Positions 29,300-44,371 are shown, counted from the stretch's first letter. The stretch: DNA of 64,000 nucleotides from Eledone cirrhosa (GCA_964016885.1 OZ024757.1:32364001-32428000), one strand, 5' to 3'. Made by a program: numbers and translations. The notes: generated by a model from the letters alone, not told the origin.

Positions 29300-29476
29300 A
29301 TGCGTGTTTGAATATATATAGAGAGAGATGGAGATAGACCAATGGTCAGACAGATCGATAGATAGATATCTTAGATAGATAGATGGATGGATAGAGAGAT
29401 AGAGAGAGAGATGGGACAAATATATCGATAGGTATGCAAATAGAAAGGTAAACAGGGAAAAAATACGACATGCAAC

Positions 29477-29508
<32 letters not shown>

Positions 29509-29718
29509 GGGGAGATAGATAGAGAGAGAGAGAGAGAGCGAGATAGGGGGAGATAGAGAGAGAGAGAGGGGCGTGAAAGAATGAAAGAAGGAAAAACAGG
29601 AAAGAATGAACGAAAAAAAGCAATTAAAAAAATCTAGTGAGAACAAACGAAAAAAAAAAGCCGATATCATGGAACGACTGAAATAAATATTTGCGAAGCC
29701 AATACATAAATATACACG

Positions 29719-29759
<41 letters not shown>

Positions 29760-30022
29760 CCATACATATAGAAATATGCTTAATAATTTCAATGGAAATT
29801 AAAATCAAACTTACCGTTTAGTATGTTTATATACACTCTTAGACAAGTGTATATATTTCGCTTGTAGCTTGTTTTGTAATGATACTCCGTGTGTTAAATG
29901 TTACTCCACAATTGTTCAGAGCGCGAAAAAATCCCCATCACAATAACAACATTAATGACCACAAAACGTAAATGCGTTAGGGTTGTATATATTTATGCGT
30001 TTATATATTGTATATATATATT

Positions 30023-30054
<32 letters not shown>

Positions 30055-30246
30055 AATGTGTGCGCATGTAAGAATACGCGTTTCTGATTTATATGCTTGT
30101 GTATGTGTGCGCATGTAAGAATACGCGTTTCTGATTTATATGCTCGTGTGTGTATATGTATATAGAGAGATATATTATATTTATATGCGTGTGTATATAT
30201 ATATTTATGTATGTATGTATATATATATATTAATGCATGGTTGCTC

Positions 30247-30287
<41 letters not shown>

Positions 30288-30763
30288 GTATATATTTCTA
30301 TGTTTTTATATATATATATATACAGAGAGAGAATGTTATATTTATATGCGTGTATATATGCATATATATATATATTAATGCATGGTTACTCGGTATATAT
30401 ATTTGTGTTTATATTTCTGTTTATATATATATATTTAGAGAGAGAGAATCCAGTGTTATCCGTTCACAAGCTGTGAATAGCTTTGAGTAGTAAGTGACGG
30501 CTAACAGCTCTGACAGTCTCGACTTAAACGAGAGAGAGGGGGGGGGGACTAAGAGAGAGAGGAGAAGAGAGAGCGATGCATACATACATACACACACACA
30601 TATACACACATAGAGGCTTAGATTCTCTCTCTCTCTCTCTTCCCGTTCTGCCATTCACAATCTCTTACTCTATCTCCTCACAACCATTCTTCCCGCTCTC
30701 TATTGTACTTTCTCTCTCTCTCTATCTATCTATCTATCCCCCCTCTCTATCTCCCTCTCTCTC

Positions 30764-30795
<32 letters not shown>

Positions 30796-30961
30796 CCACC
30801 CCTGTCTCTATCTATCCCTATTCTCTCTCTCTCTCTCTCTCTCTCACTCTCTATCTATCTATCTACCTACCCCCTGTCTCTCTTTCTCTCTCTCCCTATA
30901 TCTATCTATCTATCCCCCTCTCCCACTCTCACTTTATCCCCCCCCCCTATAACTCTACCTC

Positions 30962-31018
<57 letters not shown>

Positions 31019-31135
31019 ATATACGTTTCTCCTTTCCTCCCGGCCTTCCCGGCAAACTCCAAACACACACACTTTAAAGCACATATGGGCAAACAGATAA
31101 TCACATATTCATCATACACACACACACACACGCAT

Positions 31136-31178
<43 letters not shown>

Positions 31179-31234
31179 CGTTCGACTATATGATCAGTCA
31201 CATTTGTTCACTTGCAAACACTTCATTCATACAC

Positions 31235-31905
31235 ACATACACATACACATATAAACGTGCAACACACACATACACATATAAACGTGCGACACACACATAC
31301 ACATATAAACGTGCAACACACACATACACATACACATATAAACGTGCGACACACACATACACATATAAACGTGCAACACACACATACACATACACATACA
31401 CATATAAACGTGCGACACACACGTACACATATAAACGTGCAACACACACATACACATATAAACGTGCAACACACACATACACATACACATACACATATAA
31501 ACATGCGACACACACATACACATATAAACGTGCGACACACACATACACATATAAACATGCGACACACACATACACATATAAACGTGCGACACACACATAC
31601 ACACATACACACATATAAACGTGCGACACACACATACGCATATAAACGTGCGACACACACATACACATATAAACGTGCGACACACACATACACACATACA
31701 CACATATAAACGTGCGACACACACATACGCATATAAACGTGCGACACACACATACACATATAAACGTGCTACACACACATACACATATAAAAGTGCGACA
31801 CACACATACACATATAAACGTGCGACATACATATACACATATAAACATGCGACACACACATACACATATAAACGTGCGATACACACATACACATATAAAC
31901 GTGCC
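31235..31905. repeat. About 28-bp CA-derived minisatellite
   Basis: Unit CACATATAAACGTGCGACACACACATA, more than 20 copies. Confidence 0.95.
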
Positions 31906-32570
31906 GCACAAACATTTGCACACACACAAACAACAGCTCATTCATTCGTTCATCACGTCACACACAGACACACACACACCCACACAATATACTCATGCAT
32001 ACACACACACTCACTCACACATGCGTACATACATATACATACACACACATACGTAAATATACATGCGCACATACATACAAACTCACACATACACAGGCAT
32101 ACTCACATATACATGCACACATACATACACAAGCATACTCACATATACATGCACACAAACATACACACTCACACATACACACATTTATGTATAATACACA
32201 ATACACATACATACTCACACATACACAAACAGTACACACACACGTGCAGCATTTGTGCTATTACACAAAATATGACACACCCACACACGTGGTATTGACA
32301 CACACGCACACATCTAGCATTCCCTCGCACATCACTCATACACACACAAACGCTGCACACACGACTCCCCCTCCTCTCTCTCAAACACACACATACACAC
32401 ATACACACACTAGCAACATTTGCTCACCTATACACATACGGCATATCATCACATATACACACACATCATTTCATATATATACAGACACACACACACACAC
32501 AATACACACATATATACATATATACACATCACAACACGCACACATACATACACGTCACAACATATATACA

Positions 32571-32627
32571 CAGGAAAACCTGATGATTTTTCCCTAATGA
32601 AACAGTTCTAGTCCTGTAGAGGCCATT

Positions 32628-32635
<8 letters not shown>
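32571..32635 (+). ncRNA. Hammerhead, family A, 5'-truncated at stem I
   Basis: C CTGATGA TTTTTCCCTAAT GAAA CAG-TTCTAGTC-CTG TA^GAGGC. Confidence 0.6.
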
Positions 32636-32724
<89 letters not shown>

Positions 32725-32945
32725 GAAATGGTTAACCCCGACGTCAGAGCTAACGACTTGAGCTCTGCCGTCGGGGTTTAACATTTTCCTATTACCCACT
32801 CTACTACCCTAAGTATTGAGTACTCTGGTACGTTATGGTTCATCTGGTTCCTTACCACACCACCTTCGTTATATACATATATACATACATCATATATATA
32901 TATATATACATACATCATATATATATATATATATATATATACATA

Positions 32946-33000
<55 letters not shown>

Positions 33001-33029
33001 TATACATCATATATATATATATATACATA

Positions 33030-33089
<60 letters not shown>

Positions 33090-33167
33090 TATATATATAT
33101 ACATCATATATATATATATATACATATATATACACATATATATACATCATATATATATATATACATA

Positions 33168-33223
<56 letters not shown>

Positions 33224-33247
33224 TATATATATATATATATATACATA

Positions 33248-33324
<77 letters not shown>

Positions 33325-33361
33325 TATATATATATATACGTCATATATATATATATACATA

Positions 33362-33430
<69 letters not shown>

Positions 33431-33932
33431 AACACACGAAGCTCACACACACATAGATACACATACAACACACACATTTAGTGGGCCTCCGTCGATTCCT
33501 ACGATAGGAATTCCAGTTGTACGAAGCATGCAACAGCCAGCTTGTCAAATCAACATGCAGGTGCCCTTAACGAAGTTCTCAGGGAGATGCGGTGTGGCAC
33601 GGTATGTGACATGGCTCGCCCTTGGAATTACAGTTACAACTCATTTTTGCCTGATAAGTGGACTGGAGCAACGTGAAATAAAGTGCCTTGCTCAAGGACA
33701 CATCAGGCTGTTGGGTGCCGCACACCCTCACCGTTAAGTCCCACGCCTTATAAACACACATACATACACACAGACAAGCCAAGCTTATACACACAGATAA
33801 ATATACAAACATACTCACACATACACACACAAGTATACAAGCACACACACACACGACAGAACATAGTACAAGCTCACGTGCTGCACTCACGCACATACAC
33901 ACATATATACACACAGCAGACCACAGAACCAA

Positions 33933-34109
<177 letters not shown>

Positions 34110-34260
34110 CTATATATATATATAAGATACTGAAGCGAAAGCCAACCAAACAGTGTGTTCTGTTATTATTTCTGACAATATTATTACAACAATATGACCC
34201 TCCTCAAGTTTAACAATATATATATATAGAAGTGGTTACACAACAGTTAGTTCACCATAC

Positions 34261-34298
34261 CGAGAACAATTGTTTCACCTTAGCGGATCCTCAGCTCG
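34261..34298 (-). ncRNA. Minimal 38-nt hammerhead, family F
   Basis: CGAG CTGAGGA TCC-GCTAA-GGT GAAA CAATTG TT^CTCG. Loop III is palindromic. It lies in the fold-back at 34229-34410. Confidence 0.75.
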
Positions 34299-34690
34299 TA
34301 ATGGACATGGTTATACGGAACAGGATCCTTCCTATTCCGTATAACCATGCCCATTCCGGTGAAACAATTGTTCTCAGTATGGTGAACTAACTGTTGTGTA
34401 ACCACTTCTACCTAACTCGTCCCATGGACTGAGTGCTCTACCACTACGGATATTACCTTCCAGTGTTCTACCACTATATATATATATATATGCAAAAGTT
34501 TTATTTGAAATTGTTGGGTTACAACAAGTAAATATTTTATAACTGATATAAAGCACTCGACAAGTTTTGGAGTAGATATACGATATTAAACAAATGGAAA
34601 CTATATTTATAAAATCATATTTATTCCTACATAACGGTTGCTCAATATTTATGGTACGTCAAAATTATTTATAAAACTGTTTATATATTG

Positions 34691-34756
34691 TATTTTATCT
34701 GAAGAAGGCATGCCATATTTTTAATATGGTATCCCCGAAATATGTATAATGAAATA
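34691..34756 (+). ncRNA. Type I hammerhead ribozyme, family D
   Basis: TATTTTAT CTGAAGA AGGCATGCCATATT-TTT-AATATGGTATCCCC GAAA TATGTA TA^ATGAAATA. Confidence 0.8.
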
Positions 34757-34796
34757 AATATGGTTTTATAAATATAGTTTCCATTTGTTTAATATC

Positions 34797-34855
<59 letters not shown>

Positions 34856-35075
34856 CAGGGGAGTGTAACATGAAGTTACTGTAGGTTCATCCAGGTGACT
34901 ATTCGAGGTTTAGGTTCACTGTCATTACTACAACAGAGTCCGGCGAGCTTTTGATTCCAGAGTCGGGCCAGATCGATAAAGGTCGAACCTTGATCGATAC
35001 AGATCGAAACGCGCATCACCAACCAATAAACGTAATGAAGGATTAACCATTTGTCCTTGTATTATCATATATATT

Positions 35076-35263
35076 TGGTGGATTGGCAGTATAGTTAGAG
35101 GGTTGGACGCCATGCTTTGCAGCATGGAATTACGGGCCTTTACGATCTGCGTTCAAATCCCGCCGAGGTTAACTTTGCCTTTCATTTTTACGGGGTCGAG
35201 AAAATAAAGTACTAGTAATACACTGGTGTAATTGCTGGCCTTGTGCCAAAGCAGAGACAATTA
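35076..35263 (+). mobile_element. OK-like SINE
   Basis: A box, B box, central domain and tail. TATCATATATATTT flanks both sides as a putative TSD. Confidence 0.9.
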
Positions 35264-35290
35264 TCATATATATTTTAAATAAAGAAACCC

Positions 35291-35332
<42 letters not shown>

Positions 35333-35619
35333 TGTATATACAGTGTATTTTGCAATACACTGTATGCTTAATTAAAAGCATTTCGAAGACCTTACCTATT
35401 GTTTTAGAGTAGTGACAGTCTCACTTACTTTAAATTTTCAACAAACAGGGGAGATAAAGCTGACAGAGCTCTGTTTCGTACTTTTTGGTACTTATCAATG
35501 CTAAGTACTCCACCTGTTTGCTGAAAATTAGAATTGGTTCTCTGAAATAGCGATATATATATATGAATGTATATATAGTGTATTTTGCAATACACTGTAT
35601 GCTTAATTAAAAGCATACA

Positions 35620-36400
35620 GATGCAGTGTTTTGACAGTCAATAACTGATGCAGGTAGTTTGTTCCATGCTTCAGCAATTCTGAGCGTGAAAAAATATTTT
35701 TGAAAGTCATGTGAACTGCACTGTTTTCTGACGTGTGTTAGACACATGGAATTGATAAAGGTGCTCAGGGTTGTTGTTGGCAAGATAGTTAATTATTTTG
35801 TGAGTGTTTACCAAGTCAGTTGCCAGACGTTGGTGCTTCAATATATCCATGGCCAGGGAAGCAAGGCATTCAGAGTATGGTAGATGCCTGATGGAGGGTA
35901 TTCGCTTGGTTGCACGTCTCTAAACAGTTTCCACGTCTCTGAACAGTTCAATGTTCTGAGCAAGATAGGGGTTCCAGACTGGTGATGCAAATTCTAAGTG
36001 TGGCCGCACCATAGCTATATACAACTTTAAATAGATAGCTGGAGAGCGGCTGACAAAGGTCTTGCTGAGTGATGCCAAGACACCCTCAGCCTTCTTGACA
36101 ATTTTTGTCATGTGCTTCGTCCAACGCAAATCACTGCTGACAATAATGCCCAGGTCACGTTTACAAGAAGACTTACAAGAAGATCAGTGTTGTGGAGGGA
36201 GTACGTGGACGCTGGGCTTTACCTCCCAAAATGCATGGTGGTAAACTTGTCCACAGCCAGCTTGAGTTGTCAGTCCGTGATCCATTGCTGCATTGTGTCC
36301 AGGCCTGATTGCAGGAAAGATCTATCCTTTTTATCTCAAGGTACAGATTGATGTCAGCTGCATATTTCAGTATTGTGGCATTCTTCAATATTGTGATCCC
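35620..36400 (-). mobile_element. Decayed CR1-clade LINE 3' fragment
   Basis: LKYAAD (degenerate YADD), LYIAMVRPHLEFASPVWNPY and RRATKRIP motifs, with frameshifts and stops. Confidence 0.9.
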
Positions 36401-36732
36401 TAAGGGATGAAGTGATTTATTTTTTTCATTCATGTCTACATGTGGTTTGTTGGCGAAAACCAGATATACTTGTATATCTGATGTTCTAAGGACTCTGCCA
36501 ATTCGCCGCCTTCTAAAAAGGTTCCTCTGCCCAATTTCTGTCACAAGGTTTGTGTCGACCCGGTGCTATGGTAAACAGCTGTTACCATCCATTGGAATCG
36601 AGCCCGGGACCTAAATATTATGAAGTGAACTTCTTAACCATTTGGTCATTATACTTCCACAACGCAGGTACAACTGACACACATGCAAACACAGCCATAT
36701 TCATATATATACACACACAGCATTCCTTCACT

Positions 36733-36767
<35 letters not shown>

Positions 36768-37506
36768 TATATCTGTATATATGACACTATTCTAGTCCTG
36801 TAGAAGTCATTTCTATATATAATAAAGGTGTCAATACTCTACAATTTATTGAGTTCCTTTTTTTTTTATTGGATTCTAGATATTATATATATATATATAT
36901 TTAACATATCTAGAATCCGAAAAAGAAAGAACTCAATACATTGGTAGAGTATTCGCATATATATATATATAAATACATAATCGGAGAAAGCTAAAAGCGA
37001 TACTCCGGCCAAATTCCAGCTCACTCAACAAACATTAGGAAATACCTGAGTATATTTCTAATTAAACGTTCGGGGTGCTAACTAATCGAATTGTGTGGAA
37101 AATTGGCTGTATCATTTCATATGAGATATATCAAATATATATATATATGAATAAAATTAGTCCTTCATCAGTGATCTTCCAGCCTTCATTGGTATTTCAT
37201 CGCTTTAAAGATCATATACCTCTGGTTGGTGCGAGCAACGGCTAAAGAAAGTCGTTGGGACACGTAAAATAGGGTGAAACGAGCGAGACATGTAAACAAA
37301 CAAAGATGGTAATGCAACGAAAAGTGAGGAAGAAGGAGTCATATAAAATATAACAAGGACGATTTGTTAAGTCTTCATTACGTTTATTGATTGGTGACGC
37401 GCGTTTTGCTATTGATCAGCTCATGGTTCGATCTGTATCGATCTGGCCCGACTCTGGAATCAACAGCTCGTCGGACCTCAATTGTAGTAATGGGTATATA
37501 TATATT

Positions 37507-37629
<123 letters not shown>

Positions 37630-37916
37630 ATAGTGTACACGTAGCTCATCACTCGGATTTTACGAAGCGATGAGGGGATAAAGTTAGTATAAAGAATGAC
37701 GTACAGATGCGGGTAGATGCTATAAAATAGCTTATAAAACAGTGTCAAGACCCTTAAAGAGAGAAAAGGAAGTTTCCATCGGTGAATGGCCTCTTCTTTT
37801 TCCCTGTGTAAGGGTCTTAACCCTATTTTATAAGATATTTTATAGCATCTACGCGCATGAGCACGCCATTCTTTATATTAAAAATATATATGTATGTATA
37901 TATATATATATATATA

Positions 37917-38009
<93 letters not shown>

Positions 38010-38032
38010 ATATATATTTACATATACACATA

Positions 38033-38114
38033 TACAGGGTGTCTCCAAAAAATGTATATACACTTCTATAGCATTCTAATAAAAGTGTGTATACAATTTT
38101 GGAGACACCATGTA
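38033..38114. mobile_element. About 80-bp Tc1/mariner-type MITE
   Basis: TA-CAGGGTGTCTCCAAAAATGTATA ... TATACAATTTTGGAGACACCATG-TA. Confidence 0.8.
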
Positions 38115-38184
38115 TACATATATATATATATATATATGTTAGGTATTTCCGAAGAAAAAGCAAGAGAAAAAAGAGTGCTCTATG

Positions 38185-38225
<41 letters not shown>

Positions 38226-38499
38226 TTTCTCTAGGGTTAGAACTGTTTAATTCATTTTCAATAGAAAATAAGTATGCTTCTTCTCTATTAACAAATTACA
38301 ATGGGGTTGTATTTGTACTTATGCAGCACAAGTCGAAACACATTATCGTATCCCTATACACACGATGGCGCAAGAAATAAATTCCTGGCATCAGAATGGT
38401 CTTAATTACGATATTAGAGGGAAACGCCATGAACAAAAATCCCAACTGCATGTAGGCCAAATTACAATGGATAACAACAACGAATATACTGGATATCAA

Positions 38500-38574
<75 letters not shown>

Positions 38575-38993
38575 TTGAGTTTATGTTGGTTGTATACCAA
38601 CACCTCAGTATGCAAGCTGGAGCACTCGACGAAGTGCGCAGGTTGGTTTGGTTACTCCGGAGTAGTGTAAAATAAAGTTAAATAAAAGTCAAATGTTATT
38701 AAATAAAAGTCAAATGTTTTGTTATTTTGTTCCTTTAACACCTTGTCCCTTCTACCATTTTATTAATTTTTAAGCTAACTCCAACAATAACAACACTTAG
38801 AATGAGGAATGTTCTAATAACTGACCAATGAGAGGAGAAGGGGACCTGTGACACGAAAATTCGTTTGTTTGAATTCATATGACTCCAGTTCCCCAGTGAA
38901 TTAACAACCCAACAAGGAACTGGGCATATCAGAGTATTGACAATATCATACACCTAAACAACATATGTACTTGTCTATACTATACTAATTCAA

Positions 38994-39048
38994 ACTGCCT
39001 GAAGAGGTCACAGCCAAAGATGGCTGTCACTGAAATATATATAGCAGT
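38994..39048 (+). ncRNA. Type I hammerhead ribozyme, family E
   Basis: ACTGC CTGAAGA GGTCACAGCCA-AAGA-TGGCTGTCACT GAAA TATATA TA^GCAGT, inside the TA-bounded element 38575-39100. Confidence 0.88.
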
Positions 39049-39092
39049 AATAAACGAAGCTAAATTTTAATCATTTGACTTTTATTTAACTT

Positions 39093-39174
<82 letters not shown>

Positions 39175-39194
39175 TTATTAAAATAACAGATTAA

Positions 39195-39245
39195 AGTGTA
39201 AGCAAAGAATCGCTGCTTTCACCCTTAACGGGATCTTCTAAAACT
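39195..39245 (-). ncRNA. Degenerate family B hammerhead-like motif
   Basis: Reverse complement of the 23434 motif with a TAGAAGA core. Confidence 0.5.
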
Positions 39246-39556
39246 ATTATTACTATTAGTACCCGCCGAGGTTAACTTTGCCTTTCATCCTCACGGGGTC
39301 GATAAAATAAAGTACCAGTAATGTACTGGGTAATTGCTGGCCTTGTCCCAAAAGTAGAAACAATTACTATATATATATATATATATATATATACATTGGA
39401 AAAGTAAATAACAACAACAACAACAAGAAGTACAGTTACGAAAGGGGTTAGGTATTAGGTTTACGCTTGAGAGTGGGGGTATATATAAATGTATATATAC
39501 ATATATATATATATATATGTGTGTGGTGTGTGTCTGTGTGTGTGTGTGTGTGTGTA

Positions 39557-39634
39557 TACAGGGTGTTCATCAGAAATGTATACATACTTCAATAGCAAAA
39601 TAATCAAAGTGTGTATACATTTTGTGGGACACCT

Positions 39635-39637
<3 letters not shown>
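39557..39637. mobile_element. Tc1/mariner-type MITE, diverged copy
   Basis: TACAGGGTG..AAATGTATACA ... TGTATACATTTTGTGGGACACCTTG. Confidence 0.7.
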
Positions 39638-39667
<30 letters not shown>

Positions 39668-40179
39668 CCAGAGTCGGGCTAGATCGGTACAGATCTAACC
39701 TTGAGCTGGTCAGTAGCGAAACGTGCGTCACCAACCAATAAACGTAATGAAGGGCTAACCATAACCTGTTGGTACCCATCCCTTCTCCAAGTCTCGACGC
39801 AACCGATTTCTGCCAGAGAATGAGAAAGAAAGCGAGAGAAGTAGAAAGTGAGAAAGGGAACGAGAGAGAGAGAGAGAGAGAGAGAAGAGGTGAGAAAGAG
39901 ATATATAGGAAGCATAGACCTTAATATTGGACTGGTACTTTTTTTTTTTTATTAATCTCGAAAAGATAGAAGGTAAAGTTGACCTCAGATGGATTCGAAC
40001 TCAAGGCGAAGAGAGCTGAATGGAATAATGCAAAGCTTTCTGTCTGACGTTCTAGCGATTCTGCCAATTCCCCGCCTATATTTTTTGAAGTAATTCCTCT
40101 TGTAGAATATATGTACCGAAATCCCGAGTCTGAAGTTACCGACATCAAAGAAAAATTAATCCTTTGGTGTTGTTTGACC

Positions 40180-40502
40180 TCCGTCGTTTACTACGAAGAG
40201 TGTTCCAGTTATTCGAACAACACAACAGCCTGCTCCTGAAATTAACGTGTAAATAGTTTAACATTCCACAGACACGTGTACCCTTAATGTAATCCCCAGG
40301 AAGATACTGCATGACACAAAGTGTGATGAGGCTTACCCTTTGAACTACAGACGGAACTCATTTTTGCCAGCTAGGCGGACTGGGGCTAGGTAAAATAAAA
40401 TATCTTACTCAAGCACACAACACACCACCGGGAACGGTAACAGAATTCATGATCTTACGATTGCGAGCCAAACACCTTATCCACTAAGCCACACTACTTC
40501 AC
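40180..40502 (-). mobile_element. Near full-length OR-like tRNA SINE
   Basis: The minus strand starts with GTGTGGCTTAGTGGATAAGG (A box) and includes a CORE-like TGTTGTGTGCTTGAGTAAGATATTTTATTT and the family 3' part. Confidence 0.75.
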
Positions 40503-41050
40503 GAATCCTTTGATAAAAAATATGACAGAACTGTGATTATCAAAGGTAGCTTTGTAGTTATTGAAAGTTACTGTTTTCTTTGATAAAGAACACAGTAAAT
40601 CGGTCAAGATCAAAAGATCTTTTACTGTTATTAAAACTGGGTAACACTTAACACAACCTCTGTTTATATCCAACTCTATGTTTACAAAGTAGGGGCATTG
40701 TTGGGGTCATTTTGATAACATAATTAATTGGAAATAATTATCCTTTGGTGTCAGGGTGTCAGGTCCTTCAAAACCCTTGATCTAGGTAGGTAGGTTTATC
40801 TAAGATGCGTTTTCTTTTGGTCAATTCAGTTTCACATTTGTAGTTGAATAAGTCAATCACAACGAACAACGACATATTGTAAGAACTAACAGCCATCAAA
40901 AATGAACGTCCCACTTTATAAAAACACCACCAAACCTTATATTAATTAGTCCCAAAACCCTCTTCCTCTAATTAACATCACCAAGCAGCATGGTTTCTAC
41001 TTAAACAACTCAAGTATTGCTATTGTGATATGCCTATCAACTGTATAGAG

Positions 41051-41084
<34 letters not shown>

Positions 41085-41087
41085 TTA

Positions 41088-41118
<31 letters not shown>

Positions 41119-41198
41119 ATATATGTTGTTATACTTGGGGAGGGTCATATTTGTGTAATATTGCCAGAATTAATAACAGAACACACTCACTGTATATA

Positions 41199-41289
<91 letters not shown>

Positions 41290-41390
41290 ATATATATGTA
41301 TATATGTATATATATATATGTGTGTATATATATATATATGTGTATATATATATATGTGTGTATATATATATATATGTGTATATATATATG

Positions 41391-41441
<51 letters not shown>

Positions 41442-41488
41442 GTATATATGTATATATATATATATATGTATGTATATATATATATATG

Positions 41489-41550
<62 letters not shown>

Positions 41551-41578
41551 CATATATATATATTTATATATATATATA

Positions 41579-41661
41579 TACAGGGTGCCCCCCCAAAAAT
41601 GTATACACACTTCAACAGCATTCTAATAAAAGTGTGTATACATTTTTGGGGGCACCCTGTA
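41579..41661. mobile_element. Tc1/mariner-type MITE with near-perfect TIRs
   Basis: TA-CAGGGTGCCCCCCAAAAATGTATACACACTT ... AAGTGTGTATACATTTTTGGGGGCACCCTG-TA. Confidence 0.9.
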
Positions 41662-41923
41662 TATACATGTGTTTGTGTCTTGGTGTGTGTGGATGTGTTT
41701 GCAAAAGTAAGTGTGTGTATGTATATATATATATATATATATGTACGTGTATATCTATATTTATTATTGAAAGCTATGTAGACCCTACTTTTCAATAGTA
41801 CAGTAGCAACTCTGAAATAGTTTAAGGTTGACCGAAGGGCCATCGTGTTTTTAAATAACATCCACTTTCTTTCAAGTACGGAGTACTAAGTTAAATAATT
41901 GTCTTCCTAGTCTTAATTAGTAA

Positions 41924-41997
<74 letters not shown>

Positions 41998-42299
41998 ATA
42001 TATATATATAGGAAATTCGTTGGCAATAAAAGATTTCGCCGTATTTTTGACTAAAGAAATTTTAACCCGATAGTGGGGTTTAAAAATCCCCCTAAAAATG
42101 GAAAAGAATGAGTGTGTGTGTGTCAGTGTATGCGTTTAAATGTCGTTGACCTCCAGCAGACAACTGAAGAGGGGACTATCCCTTGTTTGTGCTTTCCTTT
42201 TCTTTCTAAATACACTTTATCAGGTAACCACACAGCCCTTTGTTTCTTCTGTATAAATATATATATATATATGTATATATATTTATGTGTGTGTGTGTG

Positions 42300-42660
42300 T
42301 CCGACCCTCTACCGATACTGCCAATCCACCGCCCCTACTAATAATAGTCGATCATTCTGAGTTCAAATCCCGCCAAGGTTAACTTTGCCCTTCATCCTTA
42401 CGGGATCGATAAATAAAGTACCAGTAATGCACTGAGTAATTGCTGGCCTTGTGCCATAAATAGAAACAATTATTAACAAGGCAGTATCGGTAGAGGGTCG
42501 ACGCCATGCTTTGCAGCAGAGAGTTACGGCCCTTTATGATCTGAGTTCAAATCCCGCCGAGGTTAACTTTGCCTTTCATCCTTACGGGTTTGATAAAATA
42601 AAGTACCAGTAATACACTGGGTATTTGTTGGCCTTGTGCCAAAAGTAGAAACAATTATTA
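42300..42660 (+). mobile_element. OK-like SINE pair; the first has an inverted 5' head
   Basis: 42300-42335 is the reverse-complement head (TCCGACCCTCTACCGATACTGCCAATCCACCGCCC), followed by a plus-strand body at 42353-42472 and a second copy at 42480-42658. Confidence 0.8.
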
Positions 42661-42717
42661 ACAATTGTTGAGACAATCAATTAAATTACCCCAGGATGCA
42701 GAATAAAATGGACAGTT

Positions 42718-42751
<34 letters not shown>

Positions 42752-42762
42752 AACTGTCCATT

Positions 42763-42843
<81 letters not shown>

Positions 42844-43292
42844 TGTTTGTGTATGCCTGTGTGATTTAATGGACGGTGGAGGAAGGGAGATAAGCAGATG
42901 TGTTTGGATTATATGATAAGTCTTTATATACAGTTTAGAAATAATGTCATTATGTCCTGGGTATGTGTTGTTATACTGCAGCTGGCTGTATGTACGTATA
43001 TATCAAAATAAGTGTGTAGATGCACTAACACCCTGAGCCAGCTGGGTTTTATACACACTCACACACATATATATACACCCGCACAAACACACACACACAC
43101 ACACACATTCACATATATATAAATAAATAAATATATATATAGAAAAAGAGATGAAATCGAAAATGCAACTGGAGTCTTATTTTTTTTTTTTTTTTTTAAA
43201 TATATATATTTATTTGGTTCCTTTACCGGTTTCGCAGTTCTTCTGCTTTTGAAAAGGTGAGTTGAGATGGAGGGTCTGTGGTTTTTCTCACA

Positions 43293-43338
<46 letters not shown>

Positions 43339-43581
43339 AAAATATATACAAACATTTGTATACATATATATATGATGGACTCTCCTGTCTTATATCGACG
43401 TATGGGGGTTCAACAGTCTTCTTAGTTTAACTCTTTGTGGTTATGCCTTAAATGGCATGGCTCCGCTGTCCAGCTGTTAGTGCATATGACAGGAATTTGA
43501 ACGGAGCAGGATGGTATATTTGATCGCATCTTAGTGTTAGATCTTAGATATTTTTCATAGTTTTCATACATATATATATAG

Positions 43582-43638
<57 letters not shown>

Positions 43639-43668
43639 AACAAAAGATGGTTAAAAGAGTTCCATGTA

Positions 43669-43735
43669 TTTTATTATGCGCATTTCAAAAACAAATATCA
43701 TCATGCAATCAAATTTGTGTTTTCATCAGATAAAA
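43669..43735 (-). ncRNA. Type I hammerhead ribozyme, family H
   Basis: TTTTAT CTGATGA AAACACAAAT...ATTTGTTTTT GAAA TGCGCA TA^ATAAAA. Loop III (TGCGCA) is palindromic. Confidence 0.8.
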
Positions 43736-43900
43736 CAGGAAGACATGATATGAAGGTTAAAAAACACTTGTGGATAGTTCAGTTTTAAATCAACATATAT
43801 TATGTATACTCCAGTCCTACAAACTGTAGAGTGCTTCTTATCCGATATCTGCATTGCTTTATTGTACTACAATAAAACTCACCTCCTACATACATACATA

Positions 43901-43965
<65 letters not shown>

Positions 43966-44050
43966 TAAAAATGGCGAGCTGTGTTGTTGCAAATATGATA
44001 TATATAATAAATGAATCGAATATTATTATTGATATTCGAAAAACTCAGAT

Positions 44051-44109
<59 letters not shown>

Positions 44110-44184
44110 AACAGAAACAACAAAGCAAAGAGCGCAGAGCAATGAAGAAATATATTAGTTTAACCCTGGATATTGTAGGATAAG

Positions 44185-44218
44185 GGTGTTTACGTTTCAG
44201 ATACCAGGCCTTCGTCAG
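44185..44218 (-). ncRNA. Minimal hammerhead core, family J; 5' strand of stem I replaced by family B sequence
   Basis: CTGACGA AGG-CCTGGTA-TCT GAAA CG TA^AACACC. Confidence 0.6.
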
Positions 44219-44320
44219 GATCTTCTGAAACTAACGCAGTCAATCTGTGAACGCAGAAGTGAATATTTCAAAATATATTTTTTTTAATATTCACTTCTGC
44301 GTTCACAGATTGACTGTGTT

Positions 44321-44371
44321 AGTTTCAGAAGATCCCGTTAAGGGTGAAAGCACCGATTATTTGCTTAAACT
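44321..44371 (+). ncRNA. Hammerhead-like motif, family B
   Basis: AGTTT CAGAAGA TCCC-GTTAA-GGGT GAAA GCA-CCGATTATT-TGC TT^AAACT. Differences from 23434 are confined to loop III. Confidence 0.6.

Noticed and set aside
38720-38990. GIY-YIG endonuclease coding remnant upstream of the family E hammerhead
   Set aside because: No recognisable motifs by eye, so the PLE assignment rests on ribozyme and structure evidence only.
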